DNA of 64,000 nucleotides from Pseudomonadales bacterium (GCA_020632255.1 JACKFX010000005.1:22827-86826); one strand, 5' to 3'; counted from the stretch's first letter, positions 1 through 13,666 are shown. Notes: generated from the sequence alone by a model not told the origin. Numbers and translations are program-made.

Positions 1-84
1 TACTCGAGTCACAGCTAAGCGCTTGCCACTCTTGGTCCAGGCTTGAGTCATTCCGAGTTTGGTCACAAAAATATCTGTTAGCAT
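1..84 (-). CDS. rplC: 50S ribosomal protein L3, 5' end (gene continues beyond window start)
   Basis: Reverse translation from an ATG at 84..82 gives MLTDIFVTKLGMTQAWTKSGKRLAVTRV, open to position 1. The GMTQ...G...VTV pattern matches the L3 N-terminus, and the position directly downstream of rpsJ fits the conserved S10 operon order. Confidence 0.55.
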   Translation of the reverse strand, partial: MLTDIFVTKLGMTQAWTKSGKRLAVTRV

Positions 85-200
85 AGCAATAATTTTCTAG
101 TATTCTGTTTATTTTCTTTGCGTAGTAGCTCTTGGGTTGTATTGTCAGAGCATCCTCTTTTCTTGTTCTCTACCTTCGAGAACATGATTTATAACCGACA

Positions 201-527
201 CTACATCTTGATCTGGATTGAAACACCAGCCGGTAATTCAAGATGCATAAGCGAATCGATTGTCTTACTTGTTGGGTTGACAATATCGATCAAACGCTTG
301 TGTGTTTTAATGTGGTAATGCTCTTGAGCATTTTTATCAGCATGAGGAGAAACCAGCACGGTAAACTCACGTTTGTGAGTTGGGAGTGGAACTGGTCCAA
401 CAACTTTTGCACCTGTTGAAAGCGCTGTTTCTAAAATCTTTCGACTCGCGGTATCAATGACGCGATGGTCATATGACTTAAGACGAACTCTAATTTTATA
501 TGTAGCTTGTGCGGTTTGTTTTGCCAT
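201..527 (-). CDS. rpsJ: 30S ribosomal protein S10
   Basis: 108 aa, [25 protein letters not shown]...; typical S10 length and N-terminal KIRIRLKAFDH-like motif; lies downstream of tuf. Confidence 0.9.
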   Translation of the reverse strand: MAKQTAQATYKIRVRLKSYDHRVIDTASRKILETALSTGAKVVGPVPLPTHKREFTVLVSPHADKNAQEHYHIKTHKRLIDIVNPTSKTIDSLMHLELPAGVSIQIKM

Positions 528-617
528 ACTGTTAAAGAATATATCTACCTACTATTTTGTTGTCTGTCCATGGCTTTTTACCATAGGGCGAAATTATACA
601 ATACTCTCGCCAAGAAG

Positions 618-677
618 TAAACCCCGCTTTTTGGTTCAAAAAGCGGGGTTTACCCCCCATCCTCCCGAAGGAGGATG
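618..677 (-). terminator. Tandem hairpins downstream of tuf (candidate intrinsic terminator / operon boundary)
   Basis: Hairpin catcctcc-cgaa-ggaggatg at 658..677 (UUCG loop on the minus-strand RNA). A second GC stem ccccgc/gcgggg at 619..651 is followed on the minus strand by a short T-run. Confidence 0.45.
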
Positions 678-694
678 AAGAGAATGCCGTTCGC

Positions 695-1891
695 TTATTT
701 AATCACTTTACTGATTGCACCAGCACCGATGGTGTGACCACCTTCTCGGATAGCGAATCGAAGACCCTCGTGGAGAGCCACTGGTACGATAAGTTTTACA
801 CTCATTTCTGCGTTGTCGCCTGGCATGACCATTTCGACACCGTCAGCTAATTGGATTTCTCCAGTCACGTCAGTTGTACCGATGTAGAACTGGGGACGAT
901 ATCCAGGGAAAAATGGCTTGTGACGTCCACCTTCTTCTTTAGTAAGGATGTACACCTTAGCACTAAACTCTGTGTGAGGAGTTGCTGAACCTGGCTTGGC
1001 CAAAACTTGACCACGCTCAACGTCATCTTTACCTATACCACGGAGCAAGATACCAACGTTATCACCTGCTTCACCCTGGTCGAGCATCTTACGGAACATT
1101 TCAACACCTGTAACAGTTGTCTTTTGTGTATCACGAATACCGACGATCTCAACTTCTTCACCAACTTTTACAACACCTTGGGTGATACGGCCTGTGACAA
1201 CAGTACCACGTCCTTTGATTGAAAAAACGTCCTCAATTGGCATCATGAATGGCTTGTCGAGTTCACGAACTGGATCAGGAATGTAGGTGTCAACAGTGTT
1301 CATGAGTTCCATGACCTTAGCCTGCGCATCCTTGTCTCCCTCAAGAGCTTTGAGAGCACTTACACGAATAACAGGGGTGTCATCACCATCAAAACCATAC
1401 TTGGTGAGGAGTTCACGGACTTCCATCTCAACGAGGTCGAGAAGTTCTTCGTCATCAACCATGTCGCATTTGTTAAGTGCAACGACGAGTTTTGGAACGT
1501 TAACCTGCTTAGCCAAAAGAATGTGCTCTCGGGTCTGAGGCATTGGGCCATCAGTTGCTGCCACAACTAAGATTGCACCGTCCATTTGAGCTGCACCAGT
1601 GATCATGTTTTTAATATAGTCAGCGTGTCCTGGAGCGTCGATGTGTGCGTAGTGACGCTTTTCTGTCTCATACTCAATGTGTGAGATGTTAATAGTCACA
1701 CCACGTGCTGCTTCTTCTGGGGCATTGTCAATGTCACCATATCCCATAGCCTTGTTAATGTCTGATTTAACATTAGCTGCTAAGGTTGTGGTAATAGCTG
1801 CAGAAAGAGTAGTCTTTCCGTGGTCAACGTGACCAATGGTACCGATGTTTACGTGCTGCTTATCGCGCACGAATTTTGCTGCATCTGCCAT
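695..1891 (-). CDS. tuf: Elongation factor Tu
   Basis: 398 aa; [11 protein letters not shown]-loop, [12 protein letters not shown] motifs; canonical EF-Tu throughout. Confidence 0.97.
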   Translation of the reverse strand: MADAAKFVRDKQHVNIGTIGHVDHGKTTLSAAITTTLAANVKSDINKAMGYGDIDNAPEEAARGVTINISHIEYETEKRHYAHIDAPGHADYIKNMITGAAQMDGAILVVAATDGPMPQTREHILLAKQVNVPKLVVALNKCDMVDDEELLDLVEMEVRELLTKYGFDGDDTPVIRVSALKALEGDKDAQAKVMELMNTVDTYIPDPVRELDKPFMMPIEDVFSIKGRGTVVTGRITQGVVKVGEEVEIVGIRDTQKTTVTGVEMFRKMLDQGEAGDNVGILLRGIGKDDVERGQVLAKPGSATPHTEFSAKVYILTKEEGGRHKPFFPGYRPQFYIGTTDVTGEIQLADGVEMVMPGDNAEMSVKLIVPVALHEGLRFAIREGGHTIGAGAISKVIK

Positions 1892-1974
1892 ATTTTCCTC
1901 CTATTTTTTTTGTATTTAACTCTTACTAACGAGTTACTATTTTACTACTTTTTACCTAGAACTTCTACCAGGGT

Positions 1975-4104
1975 TTATGCTTTTTGCTCAGCAATAATTT
2001 TTTCTGTAATATTTGAAGGAACTGGTTCATAGTGACTTGGAAGCATCACTGATGAAGCACGACCCTTGGTCATACTACGTAAAATTGTTACGTACCCCTG
2101 CATTTCTGCAAGAGGAGCTAAAGCCTTAATGATTACCACGTTTCCGCGGTTGGTAGAACCCTGAATCTGTGCACGGCGTGAACCCAAATCACCGATAACG
2201 TCACCCATGTACTCTTCTGGAGTGGTAACTTCCATCTGCATCACTGGCTCAAGCAAGACCATCCCAGCTCGGGAAGTAGCATCTTTCATACCGAGTGAAC
2301 CAGCCATCTTAAATGCAAGTTCGTTTGAGTCAACTTCGTGGTATGAACCATCGTAGAGTGAAACCTTGACATCAACCATTGGGTATCCAGCCAAGAAACC
2401 TCTCTCGAGAGCTTCTTGAATACCTTTATCAGTAGGACCAATGTACTCACGAGGAACTGCGCCACCAGTAATTTCGTTAACGAATTCATATCCTGTTCCG
2501 CGCTCCTGTGGTTCAATTCTGAGCAAGACGTGACCATACTGTCCGCGTCCACCACTCTGCTTGATGTACTTACCTTCTCCTTCTGCTGCTTTTGTGATTG
2601 TTTCACGGTAAGCAACTTGAGGTGCACCAATATTCGCATCAACTTTGAATTCACGCTTCATACGGTCCACCAAAATCTCGAGGTGAAGTTCTCCCATACC
2701 CCCAATAATGGTTTGACCAGTTTCTTGATTTGATTTGATAGAAAAAGTTGGATCCTCTTCAGAAAGTTTGGCAAGTGCCATACCCATTTTTTCTTGGTCT
2801 GACTTTGTTTTAGGCTCAATTGCCAAAGAAATAACTGGTTCTGCAAAGGTGATGCCCTCGAGTACAATTGGGTGATCTTGATCACACAGTGTTTCACCTG
2901 TCTTGGTACTCTTGAGACCGACTAAAGCAACAATCTCACCTGCACGTGCTTCGCTGATTTCTTCACGTTCGTTTGCATGCATGAGGAGAATACGACCAAC
3001 ACGCTCTTTTTCACCATTGATTGAGTTGTAAATATAGCTACCAGCATTAATGACACCAGAATACACACGAGTGTAGGTGAGTTTACCAACATGTGGGTCT
3101 GTCTGAATCTTGAATGCAAGGGCACTCATTTTTTCAGTTGGAACAAGCTTGCGAGTGACTTCTTCGTGAGTTTTTGGGTTCTCACCAGTAATGTGATCAA
3201 CATCAACTGGAGATGGCAAGTACTCAACCACAGCGTCAAGCATTGGCTGGACACCTGTGTTCTTAAGTGATGAACCTGCATAAATTGGTACCAGGTCGTA
3301 GCCAATGACTGCTTTACGAAGACCAGCTTTGAGTTCATTCACACCTATGTCTTCACCATTGAAAAATTTTTCAAGCAAAACATCATCGGTTTCAGCTATT
3401 GCTTCAACTAACTCAGCGCGAAGCTCTTCCGTTCGAGCGACATACTCTTCAGGAATTTCACGAACTTCTGGTTCAGTGTCAGCTGCATTGTCTTTCCAGT
3501 AAAGGGCTTTTCGAGTTAAGAGATCAATAACTCCTCTAAAATCATTTTCAGCCCCCATTGGCAAGACCATTACTGCAGGCTTAACACCAAATTTTTCAAT
3601 AACGTCCTGCACAGTTGCAAAAAAGTCTGCACCGAGTTTGTCCATTTTGTTCACAAACACAATACGAGGAACGTTGTATTTATCAGCTTGGCGCCACACA
3701 GTTTCTGACTGTGATTGCACACCTTCCGAAGCATCAAGCACCGTTACACCACCGTCAAGAACGCGGAGGGAGCGCTCTACTTCTGCAGTAAAGTCGACGT
3801 GCCCCGGAGTATCGATAATATTGAAACGGTAGGGAGCAGCCTCTAAATGTGTATCAAAATGAGGTGTCCAGAATGTGGTAGTAGCAGCAGAGACAATAGT
3901 AATACCACGCTCTTGCTCCTGCTCCATCCAGTCCATAGTAGCTGCACCCTCATGAACCTCACCAATTTTGTAGGTTCTTCCAGTGAAGTAGAGAATACGC
4001 TCGGTAGTGGTTGTTTTACCGGCATCAATATGCGCAATAATACCAATGTTACGAATTCTCTCTAATGGAATCTTATTTCTGTTCTTATTTTGATCGGCTG
4101 CCAT
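1975..4104 (-). CDS. fusA: Elongation factor G
   Basis: 709 aa; [22 protein letters not shown]; canonical EF-G domains. Confidence 0.95.
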   Translation of the reverse strand: MAADQNKNRNKIPLERIRNIGIIAHIDAGKTTTTERILYFTGRTYKIGEVHEGAATMDWMEQEQERGITIVSAATTTFWTPHFDTHLEAAPYRFNIIDTPGHVDFTAEVERSLRVLDGGVTVLDASEGVQSQSETVWRQADKYNVPRIVFVNKMDKLGADFFATVQDVIEKFGVKPAVMVLPMGAENDFRGVIDLLTRKALYWKDNAADTEPEVREIPEEYVARTEELRAELVEAIAETDDVLLEKFFNGEDIGVNELKAGLRKAVIGYDLVPIYAGSSLKNTGVQPMLDAVVEYLPSPVDVDHITGENPKTHEEVTRKLVPTEKMSALAFKIQTDPHVGKLTYTRVYSGVINAGSYIYNSINGEKERVGRILLMHANEREEISEARAGEIVALVGLKSTKTGETLCDQDHPIVLEGITFAEPVISLAIEPKTKSDQEKMGMALAKLSEEDPTFSIKSNQETGQTIIGGMGELHLEILVDRMKREFKVDANIGAPQVAYRETITKAAEGEGKYIKQSGGRGQYGHVLLRIEPQERGTGYEFVNEITGGAVPREYIGPTDKGIQEALERGFLAGYPMVDVKVSLYDGSYHEVDSNELAFKMAGSLGMKDATSRAGMVLLEPVMQMEVTTPEEYMGDVIGDLGSRRAQIQGSTNRGNVVIIKALAPLAEMQGYVTILRSMTKGRASSVMLPSHYEPVPSNITEKIIAEQKA

Positions 4105-4231
4105 ATACTGGTTTCCTGTTAATACTTTTTTATTTCACTGTAAGTCTATTAAATCCAAGAAAAAGCCCGATAGGACTTCTCTCGTGAATCTTTTCCAAGA
4201 CTCTACTATAGCAGATGTTACTCTGCAGTTA

Positions 4232-4708
4232 CTACCATCTAAAGTGAGCAAAGGCCTTGTTTGCTTCTGCCATACGATGTGAAGTGTTCTTACGATTAAT
4301 TGCACCACCCTGATCTTGGAGAGCATCAAGCATTTCTGCAACGAGTTTTTCACCAAAGGTGTGATACATCTTGCTTGGGCGTTTGTTAGCTTCAAGAACT
4401 AACCAACGAAGTGCCAAAGCAAACCCACGACGTGGTTTAACTGGCATAGGAACTTGATAGGCTGCACCACCCACACGACGTGAGCGAACTTCCATCTGAG
4501 GAGTTACCGCTTTAATAACGTCTTCAAAAGCTTCAACTGATTTCTTACCTGTAGCTTCAGCTAATTTTTCGAGAGCAGAATATACCTGTTTTTGAGCAAC
4601 AGACTTCTTACCATCGATCATGACGTAGTTAATCAATTTTTGAATTTTTACAGACCCATATTTACCATCTGGGTTGATTTTGCGAATTTGTGCGCGTTTT
4701 GTTCTCAT
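4232..4708 (-). CDS. rpsG: 30S ribosomal protein S7
   Basis: 158 aa; S7-like sequence and conserved position between rpsL and fusA. Confidence 0.92.
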   Translation of the reverse strand: MRTKRAQIRKINPDGKYGSVKIQKLINYVMIDGKKSVAQKQVYSALEKLAEATGKKSVEAFEDVIKAVTPQMEVRSRRVGGAAYQVPMPVKPRRGFALALRWLVLEANKRPSKMYHTFGEKLVAEMLDALQDQGGAINRKNTSHRMAEANKAFAHFRW

Positions 4709-4759
4709 GATACTTTCTTCTCCGTTTTAAACGAATACTTTCACGAGGTGTTAAAGAAC

Positions 4760-5173
4760 TTATGCGTTCTTCTTTACACCATACTTACTTCTACTTGTCT
4801 TGCGGCCTGAAACACCAGCGCAGTCGTACTTACCTCTAACCACGTGATACTTCACACCAGGTAAGTCTTTGACTCTACCACCACGGACAAGCACAACACT
4901 GTGCTCTGCGAGATTATGACCTTCACCTTGAATGTAAGCAGTTACCTCCATCTTGTTTGAGAGGCGAACACGAGCAACTTTACGAAGCGCTGAGTTAGGC
5001 TTCTTAGGAGTCATAGTTTTAACTACAGTACAAACACCACGTTTTTGAGGGTTAAAAGTTTTAACCTGGTGTGTGGTGTTAGTGTTGTAGCTACGACGCA
5101 AAGCAGATGCTTTAACGCGCTTGCTCTTATTTTTGCGGCCGCCCTTACGGATCAACTGATTAATTGTAGGCAT
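4760..5173 (-). CDS. rpsL: 30S ribosomal protein S12
   Basis: 137 aa; [13 protein letters not shown]..., [26 protein letters not shown] motifs. Confidence 0.95.
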   Translation of the reverse strand: MPTINQLIRKGGRKNKSKRVKASALRRSYNTNTTHQVKTFNPQKRGVCTVVKTMTPKKPNSALRKVARVRLSNKMEVTAYIQGEGHNLAEHSVVLVRGGRVKDLPGVKYHVVRGKYDCAGVSGRKTSRSKYGVKKNA

Positions 5174-5280
5174 ATATACGTCTATTTTCTGTTATTATTT
5201 CGTACTTTGTATATTTTTCGTAGGCGTTGATTATATCATAGGGTTGGGGCAAGTACAGCATGTATTTGCCCCAGTCCCAA

Positions 5281-8200
5281 TTATTCAATCTTAGCTCTAT
5301 CTTCACTGGTTGGAATTAACCTACCAATGATAACGTTTTCTTTAAGACCCTCGAGATAATCGATGGCACCTGCACTTGCAGCATTTGTGAGCACATTTTT
5401 AGTGTGTTGGAATGATGCAGCAGATAACCATGAACTAGTAAAGAGTGATGATCTGGTAATACCAAGGAACAATACCTTAGCTGTTGCTGGTTCACCACCA
5501 GCAGCCATTGCTTCGTCATTTGCCTCTACAAACTTAGAACGCTCAATGACTTCTCCGGTAAGGAAATCTGTATCACCTGAAGACTCAATCTGAACCTTAT
5601 CACTCATCTTACGTAAAATAACTTCGAAGTGCTTGTCATGGATAGGAATACCCTGTGACTCGTACACAGCCTGAACCTGTTCGATCAAGTACTGTTGAGT
5701 TGGCAAGAGACCCGCTACCTGCATGAGTTCTTTAATGTTAATAGCACCTGCGGTCAACTGAGTGCCAGTACTGACTAAGTCGCCATCGCTGACGGCAAGT
5801 TGAACCTTATCAGAAACTGTGTAGCTAACTTCTTCTGCAGGAGTTCCTGTACTACGAATAGTGATAGTAACAACGTCATCCTCAGTTTCAATAGAAACTT
5901 TGCCTGAAATTTCAGAAATCAAAGCTTGTGACTTTGGATTTCTGACTTCAAGAAGTTCTTCAACACGAGGAAGACCCTGAGTCACGTCACCACCGACAAT
6001 ACCACCTTTGTGCTTGGTACGCATAGTAAGCTGTGTTCCAGGTTCACCAATTGATTGTGCAGCCACAATTCCGACTGGAACACCAAGCTCGATTTCTTTT
6101 CGAGTTGAGAAATCCCAACCGTAACACTTGCGACACATTCCTTTTGGAGCTTCACAGGTTAAAGGAGAGCGAACAGTGATGTCATCAAGACCAGCTGCTT
6201 CAATTTCTAAAGCATCTTCAGCTGAAATGATTTCTCCGGCTGCTACCAATACCTTGTTACCCTTCTTAATATCTGCAGTTGCAAAACGACCGGTAATTCG
6301 AGCAGCGAATACCTCTGGGCGATTACCACGAGAGAGTTCAACATGCTTGGTTGTGCCACAGTCATCCATACGAATAATCACATCATGTGATACGTCACAG
6401 AGACGACGTGTCAGGTAACCAGCATCAGCAGTCTTAATAGCTGAGTCAGTCAAACCTTTACGTGAACCACGAGCTGAGGTCACATACTCAAAAATTGAGA
6501 GACCTTCGCGGAAGTTTGACTTAGTTGGCATTTCCACAATGTTTCCAAGTGGGTCAACAACCAAACCACGCATTGCAGCAAGCTGCTTCACCTGGTCTTT
6601 AGAAGCACGGGTACCACCTGACTCGATGATAACTTTAATTGCGTTTGCATCGTCATAGGATTTCCATGTTTTTTCAAGAAGTTCATCAGTTGTATCAATC
6701 CAAACATCGAATGAAAGACGTTTACGTTCTTCTTCGGCAATCATACCCTCGAAGTATTGCTCTTGGATGCCTTCAACTTTTTTGTTAGCAGCATCAACAA
6801 TCTCGTCTTTCTCAATAATCATTTCACAGTCAGGAACTGAGACTGACAAACCAGATACGGTAGCAGCTCTAAATCCAAGATCTTTAATGTCGTCGATCAA
6901 GCGAGTAATGTTTTCGTGAGTTTCAACTTTAATAACTTCAGTAACGAGAGTCTTAATCTTCTTAGCAGAAATCGCTTCGTTCATGTATTCATAGCTTTCT
7001 GGCAAGAGATCGTTAAACTCTAAACGTCCGACTGTTGTCTCAACTATTTCACCATTTTCAAGACGAACATCAATTGGTTGACGCAAGTTAATAAGTCTGA
7101 TCTGGTGAGCATGATATGCCTCGTCTCTGTCTGAGAACACATGTGGGAACTTCTCGAAGTTTGCATCCAAGACAGTGTGATAGTACACACCCATAGCCAT
7201 TTCTTTGTTAGGAATGGTGATAGGTTCACCGTTAGCTGGTTTTAAAAGGTTTCGAGTAGCCATCATCAGCTCTTCAGCTTCACGTCGAGCCTCTTTAGTA
7301 AGAGGAACGTGGACAGCCATCTGGTCTCCGTCAAAGTCAGCGTTGTATCCAGAACAAACAGCTGGGTGCAAGCGGATAGCATTTCCCTCAATAAGAGTTG
7401 GGAAGAAAGCCTGCATACCAAGCTTGTGCAAAGTTGGCGCACGGTTAAGGATAACTGGGTGATTGTTGGTAACTTCTTCGAGAATTCCATAGACTACTGG
7501 TTCGCGACGATCAATTAAGTGACGAGCACTCTTGACGTTAGGAGCAATACCTTTGGTGATAAGTTCACGAAGTACGTATGGTTTGAACATCTCAAGTGCC
7601 ATGTCTTTCGGAAGACCACATTCATTAAGCTTGAGCTCTGGACCTACAACAATAACTGAACGCCCTGAGTAGTCAACACGCTTACCAAGAAGGTTTTGAC
7701 GGAAACGACCTTGCTTACCCTTGAGCATCTCTGAGAGAGACTTAAGAGGGCGGCGGTTTGAGCGTCTTCGTGATTGTCGTGCACCACTACTGTCGATTAA
7801 TGAGTCCACAGCTTCTTGGAGCATACGTTTTTCGTTACGTAAAATAATCTCTGGAGCACCAAGATCAATCAAGTGCTTGAGACGGTTATTACGATTAATA
7901 ACTCTTCGATAGAGATCATTAAGGTCTGAAGTTGCGAAGCGGCCACCAGAGAGTTGCACCATAGGTCTCAGGTCTGGAGGGATCACTGGCAAGACACTCA
8001 TAAACATCCACTCTGGACGAATGTCGGCTTTTCGAAGTCCCTCTGCAACACGAAGTCTCTTTGTGGACTTAAGGCGCTTTGCGCCTTTACTTTCGACAAC
8101 TTCGACACGAAGGCGGGCAACAATCTCATCAAGATCAATAGCCTGAACCATCTCGAGAATCGCTTCAGCACCCATACCAACACGAAGGTGATCGATAGCA

Positions 8201-8964
8201 TCGTACTCATCAAGCTTAAGGTATTCATCCTCTGTCAAGATTGTGCCACGGCCAATTTTCTTAACCATAGTCTTAACTTGCTTAAAGATTTCATCACTCT
8301 GCTCGAGCTGAACTTCAAGTTGTTGCTTGAGTGCAACTAAACGATTCTTAGCTTTGAGCTCAATCTCAGCAACTTTAAGTTGAAGAGTTTCTTTGTTGGT
8401 TACCTTCTCTTTTAAAGTTTCTTTGTCTTTAACAAGCGCGTCTTTGACTTCTTCCATTTGTTGTTTGGTTGAAGCTTTGAGTTCATCTTGTTGGGCAATT
8501 AAATCAACATCAAGCTGCTCAAGTACATTTGCCTTTTCATCAGAATCAATCTCAAGTACTAAGTACTTTGAGAAGTATATGATGGAACTTAAGTTGCGAG
8601 GTGAAATATCTAAGAGTAAAGATAGCTTAGATGGGGCACCTTTAAAGAACCAGATGTGTGCAACAGGAGCTGCCAGTGAAATGTGACCCATACGCTCACG
8701 CCTAACTTTAGACTGAGTGACTTCGACACCACACTTGTCACAAATAATTCCTTTATAACGAATTCTTTTATACTTACCACAGTAACATTCGTAGTCTTTA
8801 ATTGGACCGAAGATTTTCTCATCAAAGAGACCGTCTTTTTCTGCCTTTAGCGAACGATAGTTAATGGTTTCAGGTTTTTTGACTTCTCCATGTGACCAAG
8901 ATTTAATGGTCTCGGGTGAAGCAATTCTGATTTCTAATGCTGAAAAGTTAGTGATATTTTTCAT
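5281..8964 (-). CDS. rpoC: DNA-directed RNA polymerase subunit beta'
   Basis: 1227 aa; N-terminal zinc-binding cysteines, [12 protein letters not shown] catalytic motif, and the conserved position after rpoB. Has a ~170-aa coiled-coil-like lineage-specific insertion near residues 130-300. Confidence 0.97.
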   Translation of the reverse strand: MKNITNFSALEIRIASPETIKSWSHGEVKKPETINYRSLKAEKDGLFDEKIFGPIKDYECYCGKYKRIRYKGIICDKCGVEVTQSKVRRERMGHISLAAPVAHIWFFKGAPSKLSLLLDISPRNLSSIIYFSKYLVLEIDSDEKANVLEQLDVDLIAQQDELKASTKQQMEEVKDALVKDKETLKEKVTNKETLQLKVAEIELKAKNRLVALKQQLEVQLEQSDEIFKQVKTMVKKIGRGTILTEDEYLKLDEYDAIDHLRVGMGAEAILEMVQAIDLDEIVARLRVEVVESKGAKRLKSTKRLRVAEGLRKADIRPEWMFMSVLPVIPPDLRPMVQLSGGRFATSDLNDLYRRVINRNNRLKHLIDLGAPEIILRNEKRMLQEAVDSLIDSSGARQSRRRSNRRPLKSLSEMLKGKQGRFRQNLLGKRVDYSGRSVIVVGPELKLNECGLPKDMALEMFKPYVLRELITKGIAPNVKSARHLIDRREPVVYGILEEVTNNHPVILNRAPTLHKLGMQAFFPTLIEGNAIRLHPAVCSGYNADFDGDQMAVHVPLTKEARREAEELMMATRNLLKPANGEPITIPNKEMAMGVYYHTVLDANFEKFPHVFSDRDEAYHAHQIRLINLRQPIDVRLENGEIVETTVGRLEFNDLLPESYEYMNEAISAKKIKTLVTEVIKVETHENITRLIDDIKDLGFRAATVSGLSVSVPDCEMIIEKDEIVDAANKKVEGIQEQYFEGMIAEEERKRLSFDVWIDTTDELLEKTWKSYDDANAIKVIIESGGTRASKDQVKQLAAMRGLVVDPLGNIVEMPTKSNFREGLSIFEYVTSARGSRKGLTDSAIKTADAGYLTRRLCDVSHDVIIRMDDCGTTKHVELSRGNRPEVFAARITGRFATADIKKGNKVLVAAGEIISAEDALEIEAAGLDDITVRSPLTCEAPKGMCRKCYGWDFSTRKEIELGVPVGIVAAQSIGEPGTQLTMRTKHKGGIVGGDVTQGLPRVEELLEVRNPKSQALISEISGKVSIETEDDVVTITIRSTGTPAEEVSYTVSDKVQLAVSDGDLVSTGTQLTAGAINIKELMQVAGLLPTQQYLIEQVQAVYESQGIPIHDKHFEVILRKMSDKVQIESSGDTDFLTGEVIERSKFVEANDEAMAAGGEPATAKVLFLGITRSSLFTSSWLSAASFQHTKNVLTNAASAGAIDYLEGLKENVIIGRLIPTSEDRAKIE

Positions 8965-8975
8965 ATGTGTTCTCC

Positions 8976-11900
8976 TTATGCTTCATCCCCTTCTTCTGAG
9001 TCATCAATTTCTGGTTCGATGACTTCTTCAAGGTCATCCACTGAATCTTCAAATTCGTCCGTATCTTCTTCTAGGTTTTCGTCATCCACTGGGCTTGCAG
9101 CTTCAAGTTCGGCCAATTCTTCTGGGGTAAGTTGTTCTGGCTGCTCAGTGAGATCTTCCTCCTCAGCTTCATGCGGAACCACATCGAGACCAAGTGAATT
9201 AAGCTCGCGCATCAAAACGCGGAAACCTTCTGGAACTGTTGGCGCTGGAATATCGAGACCTTTAACGATAGCCTCAAAAGCCTTGGCACGCCCCATCACG
9301 TCGTCAGACTTGATGGTCAGCATTTCTTGTAAAATATGTGCTGCGCGGTGTGCTTCAAGTGCCCAGACCTCCATTTCTCCCAAACGCTGTCCACCCATTT
9401 GTGCTTTACCTCCAAGAGGTTGTTGGGTAACCAGTGAGTATGGACCAGTTGAACGAGCATGCATCTTGTCTTCGACCATGTGTGAAAGCTTCAAGATGTA
9501 TCCGATACCTACAGTGGTTTCTTCACTGAACTTTTCTCCGGTACGACCATCAATTAGCTGAGCTTTACCATTTACTGGTAAACCAGCTCGCTCAAGTTCG
9601 TCCCAAATGCGTTTTTCTTCGAAGGTTTCGAAAGCTGGAACAGCGATGTTGTAGCCCAACTCGCGTGCTGCCCAACCAGCGTGTGCTTCGAGAAGCTGTC
9701 CAAGGTTCATACGAGCCAAGACAGACAGTGGAGAAATAATAATGTCGACTGGTGTACCATCTTCGAGGTGTGGCATGTCGGCAGTTGGAACGATTTTTGA
9801 GATAACACCTTTGTTACCATGTCGTCCTGCCAACTTGTCACCAACGGTGATCTTACGAAGTTGAGCAACCTTGACAGTAACTTCTTTAAGAGTTCCTGGG
9901 TCAAGCTCGTCTCCTAAATCGCTATCTAAAACTTGCACGTCAATCACAATTCCCTGTTCACCATGTGGTAAGCGGAGTGAAGTATCACGAACTTCGCGAG
10001 ACTTTTCACCAAAGATTGCACGGAGCAATCTCTCTTCGGGAGTAAGTTCTGTTTCACCTTTTGGAGCAATCTTACCAACGAGGATGTCACCTGAAGAAAC
10101 CACACTTCCAACACGAATAATTCCGTCTGGAGTTAGGTTTGAAAGATACACTTCTGAAACATTTGGAATGTCATTAGTAAGCTCTTCTGGACCTAACTTG
10201 GTATCCATAACTTTAGCTTTGTGCTCATTAATTTGAATAGATGTGAGCGTATCTTGCTTGACTAATCTTTCAGAAATAACAATAGCATCTTCATACCCAA
10301 GACCATCGAATGATGCATACGCAATCAAGAGGTTCGAACCAAGTGCTAACTCACCACCATCTGCTGCCGGTCCGTCAATAATGACGTCACCTTTAGCAAT
10401 CTTTTCTCCAACCTTCACAATTGGGGATTGTGAGTAACAAGTGCTTTGTGAGGTACGAACAAACTTATTGATGAAGTAGGTTTCTATTGTGCCTTCAACA
10501 ACTGAGACATCATCGTTCTCACTCTCATCAACCTGTTTAGCTGTCGCTTTATCGAGAGTAATCTCAATCTTATTAGCATCGACATATGAAACCACACCTG
10601 GGTGTTTAGCCACAACGGTGCGACCCATTGAAGTAGCCACAGCTTGCTCCATACCGGTACCAACGACTGGTGCCTCAGGGGTAATCAAAGGAACTGCCTG
10701 ACACTGCATATGAGTACCCATCAAAGCACGGTTAGCTTCGTCATGAGCAATAAATGGAATGAGCGATGCAGAAGTACCAATAACTTGACGTGGAACCACG
10801 TCGATGTACTGAACTTCTTCGGCACTACCCTCAATAAAGTTATTCATATGACGCATTGGAATCCACTCATCTTGGATAACTCCATTGGCATCAATATCAA
10901 TACTTGCGTGAGTAATCTTGTAGTCTTCTTCTTCATCAGCGCTTAAGTAGCTGACTTCATTTTGAACCACCATCTTGCCCTTCACATTTTTAACAGGGCG
11001 ATATGGTGCCTCGAGAAAGCCGAAATCATTGACTCGTGCGTAAAGTGATAGATAGGTAACCAAACCAATATTTGGGCCCTCAGGTGAACGCACCGGGTCA
11101 ATACGTGAGTACTGAGATGCGTTAATGTCACGCATAGAAAATGACGCACGCTCTCGAGTCACACCACCGGTACCCATCACTGATAAACGGCGAAGGTTAT
11201 CAATTTCTGAGAGAGGGTTGGTTTGATCAAGAATTGTTGAAAGTCTGTTTCGGCGGAAGAACTCAGAAATGGTAGCAATTAATGGGCGAGCATTAACTAA
11301 CGCTGCAGGACTGAGCACTTCATCAGTCTTGGTAAGAGACATTTTTTCACGGATAGATCGCTCTAAACGAATGAGACCAATACGGAAAGCTGAATCTTGG
11401 ACTAACTCACCAATCTGGCGAACTCGACGGTTACTCAAGTGGTCAATGTCATCAGTCTTACCAATTCCATTTTGAAGTTTAATAAGATACACAACAGTGT
11501 TGAGAATATCTTCTTTGGTAAGAACTGTTGTATCTTGATCTACATTCAAACCAAGACGGCGATTAAGCTTGTAACGACCAACACGGTCAAGGTTGTAACG
11601 TCTGTCATCGAAGAAAAGTTGTTTTAAATATTCCTGAGCATTATCGAGCACTGCTGGTTCACCAGGGCGCATTTTCTCGTAAATTTCGATTAACGCTTCT
11701 TCTTTTGTCTTAGTAGGATCTTTTGCAATTGTATTTTCAATTAACTCAAACTTATCTGCAGAAATAGCTGGAGCGAGTGCCTCTTTAAGCTCTTCGTCAC
11801 TACTGTACCCAATAGCTCTAAGAAGAACGGTGACCGGCATCTTGCGACGGCGGTCAATTTTGACGGTGATCACATCACGTTTACCAACAGTAACTTCAAT

Positions 11901-12398
11901 CCAAGAACCTCGCTTTGGACGGAGTTCTGCAGTATAGAGTTTTTTACCAGTACTTGAGTCAGTCTCACCAGAAAAAGAAACACCTGGAGCACGAACGAGC
12001 TGGGTAACCACTGCACGCTCGATACCATTAATAATAAAGGTACCAATTGGAGTCATCTTTGGCACATCACCCAAGAAAACTTCCTGCTTTTGTTCTTCGC
12101 CAGTTTTTTTATTAAGAAGAGTTGCTTCTACGTAGAGAGGGACGTCGTAGGACACACCCTTACGCTTAGCCTGTTCGATGGTGTACTTTGGTTTTCCAAA
12201 GCGATAGTCACCGAATGACAAGCGCCAGTTTTTACCGGTATAGTCTTCAATTCCGTGTTCTCCATTAACTTCTTGGAGAGATCTCTTAATACCGTTTTTG
12301 AGGAAGTCTTGATAACTGTCAATTTGCAACTTAACAAGGTCAAGCTCTGGCAACACTTTGTTATCAAATCCCCAGTTTTGGCGAGTAACTTTAGGCAT
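8976..12398 (-). CDS. rpoB: DNA-directed RNA polymerase subunit beta (start re-placed at ATG 12398; ORF track extends to 12566)
   Basis: Canonical RpoB begins at [33 protein letters not shown], preceded by GAAGGA 7 nt upstream. The 56 codons upstream in the ORF track are non-conserved and probably leader sequence. Confidence 0.93.
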   Translation of the reverse strand: MPKVTRQNWGFDNKVLPELDLVKLQIDSYQDFLKNGIKRSLQEVNGEHGIEDYTGKNWRLSFGDYRFGKPKYTIEQAKRKGVSYDVPLYVEATLLNKKTGEEQKQEVFLGDVPKMTPIGTFIINGIERAVVTQLVRAPGVSFSGETDSSTGKKLYTAELRPKRGSWIEVTVGKRDVITVKIDRRRKMPVTVLLRAIGYSSDEELKEALAPAISADKFELIENTIAKDPTKTKEEALIEIYEKMRPGEPAVLDNAQEYLKQLFFDDRRYNLDRVGRYKLNRRLGLNVDQDTTVLTKEDILNTVVYLIKLQNGIGKTDDIDHLSNRRVRQIGELVQDSAFRIGLIRLERSIREKMSLTKTDEVLSPAALVNARPLIATISEFFRRNRLSTILDQTNPLSEIDNLRRLSVMGTGGVTRERASFSMRDINASQYSRIDPVRSPEGPNIGLVTYLSLYARVNDFGFLEAPYRPVKNVKGKMVVQNEVSYLSADEEEDYKITHASIDIDANGVIQDEWIPMRHMNNFIEGSAEEVQYIDVVPRQVIGTSASLIPFIAHDEANRALMGTHMQCQAVPLITPEAPVVGTGMEQAVATSMGRTVVAKHPGVVSYVDANKIEITLDKATAKQVDESENDDVSVVEGTIETYFINKFVRTSQSTCYSQSPIVKVGEKIAKGDVIIDGPAADGGELALGSNLLIAYASFDGLGYEDAIVISERLVKQDTLTSIQINEHKAKVMDTKLGPEELTNDIPNVSEVYLSNLTPDGIIRVGSVVSSGDILVGKIAPKGETELTPEERLLRAIFGEKSREVRDTSLRLPHGEQGIVIDVQVLDSDLGDELDPGTLKEVTVKVAQLRKITVGDKLAGRHGNKGVISKIVPTADMPHLEDGTPVDIIISPLSVLARMNLGQLLEAHAGWAARELGYNIAVPAFETFEEKRIWDELERAGLPVNGKAQLIDGRTGEKFSEETTVGIGYILKLSHMVEDKMHARSTGPYSLVTQQPLGGKAQMGGQRLGEMEVWALEAHRAAHILQEMLTIKSDDVMGRAKAFEAIVKGLDIPAPTVPEGFRVLMRELNSLGLDVVPHEAEEEDLTEQPEQLTPEELAELEAASPVDDENLEEDTDEFEDSVDDLEEVIEPEIDDSEEGDEA

Positions 12399-12688
12399 AG
12401 ATCGTCCTTCTCTAAACTTGTACGTGTTTCTGATTACTACTAATGATTCAGTTGCACACTTTGGTGTTGTACTTAAACGAGTGATACCATAGAAAACGAG
12501 AAAAAGAAGGGCGACACGCCTGGAACAAGATATTCCAATGGTGCCACGAAAAAGACAGAGAGACACGCTGGGGTGTACTCCCTTTCAACTTTTATGAAAC
12601 CGAAGTTTCTGAATTTCTTACAGTCAAGAAAATTCCTCGCTCTATATTTTTGTACAACTGAAGATCCAATTATAACAGGCAAAACAGG

Positions 12689-13660
12689 TTATCGCAAGTA
12701 TGCGTTTACATTTGCGTTATGACCTTCAATATCCTCGGCGTAGTACATCTTACCAGTTTCTGGATCATGAATATAGAACAAGTCTTGTACTTCTAAATAA
12801 TCAAGCGTTGCCTTGATTGCCTCAATACCTGGGTTACAAATAGGCTGAGGCGGTAATCCCCGATTTTGATAGGTATTGAATGGTGAGTTTAGTTGTTTAT
12901 CTGCTGCTGTTGGATTTGGCCACCACTCATTTGAGTTTCCGCGTACATATTGGAGGGTTGCATCAACTTGCAGCGCCATTCCAATATCGATACGATTCCA
13001 TAAAATGCCTGCCACATGCCTCATCTGCTCAAAATCTCGTGCTTCTCGTTGAACGACAGAAGCCATAATTAAAACGTCATCAAAATCACGACTGCTGGCA
13101 GCTATTTCTTCACCCAAACCATTCGTCACTTTTGATTCAAAGGTGTTCACCAATAAAGATACGAGTGCGTCAACCTCCATTTCTCGAGGAATCAGATACG
13201 TATCTGGGTATAACATACCCGGATAGTCACTAGCTGCATCTAAAAATGCTTCTTTATCGTAGAAAGTTAGCTCTTCTTGAGAATCTAAGTACTCAGCGAT
13301 TTCTTCGGCGCGCCACCCTTCAAGTAAGGTAATCCAAACGTCTTCTGTTCCTTGAGTAAGCCTCACAGCAATTTCCGATGGTGTCATGCTTGGTGAGAGT
13401 GTAAATGAACCTGCTTGGATTTTTTCACCCAAACCCTGTGTAGTAACAATGTATCGAAATACTAATGGGTGCTTGATAAGCCCCGCCTCAGTCAGGCGTT
13501 GGCCGATGATGTTGACACCTTGGCCTTTGGGAACAACAAAGGATTGCTCTGATGACTCGGCAGTAATAGGTTGAAAATAACTCCAAACAATACCAATAGC
13601 AGTAACCGCCAACAAAACGGCCCCACTTAAAAGGCCGAGAAATAAAGATGTTTTTTTCAT
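12689..13660 (-). CDS. mltG: YceG/MltG-family endolytic murein transglycosylase-like membrane protein
   Basis: 323 aa with an N-terminal TM helix; EGWRAEEIAEYL and overall YceG-like architecture. Confidence 0.65.
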   Translation of the reverse strand: MKKTSLFLGLLSGAVLLAVTAIGIVWSYFQPITAESSEQSFVVPKGQGVNIIGQRLTEAGLIKHPLVFRYIVTTQGLGEKIQAGSFTLSPSMTPSEIAVRLTQGTEDVWITLLEGWRAEEIAEYLDSQEELTFYDKEAFLDAASDYPGMLYPDTYLIPREMEVDALVSLLVNTFESKVTNGLGEEIAASSRDFDDVLIMASVVQREARDFEQMRHVAGILWNRIDIGMALQVDATLQYVRGNSNEWWPNPTAADKQLNSPFNTYQNRGLPPQPICNPGIEAIKATLDYLEVQDLFYIHDPETGKMYYAEDIEGHNANVNAYLR

Positions 13661-13666
13661 AGAATG

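Noticed and set aside
118-318. 66-aa plus-strand ORF
   Set aside because: Antisense to and overlapping the rpsJ 3' end and the rplC 5' end; no coding features; conserved ribosomal genes occupy the other strand.
8965-9561. 198-aa Ser-rich plus-strand ORF
   Set aside because: Lies entirely antisense to rpoB; low-complexity Ser/Ala composition typical of an antisense frame in a GC-skewed codon context.
12399-12566. N-terminal 56-codon extension of the rpoB ORF
   Set aside because: Sequence MSLCLFRGTIGISCSRRVALLF... is not RpoB-like; canonical RpoB N-terminus with RBS begins at 12398; extension more likely part of the long rpoB leader.
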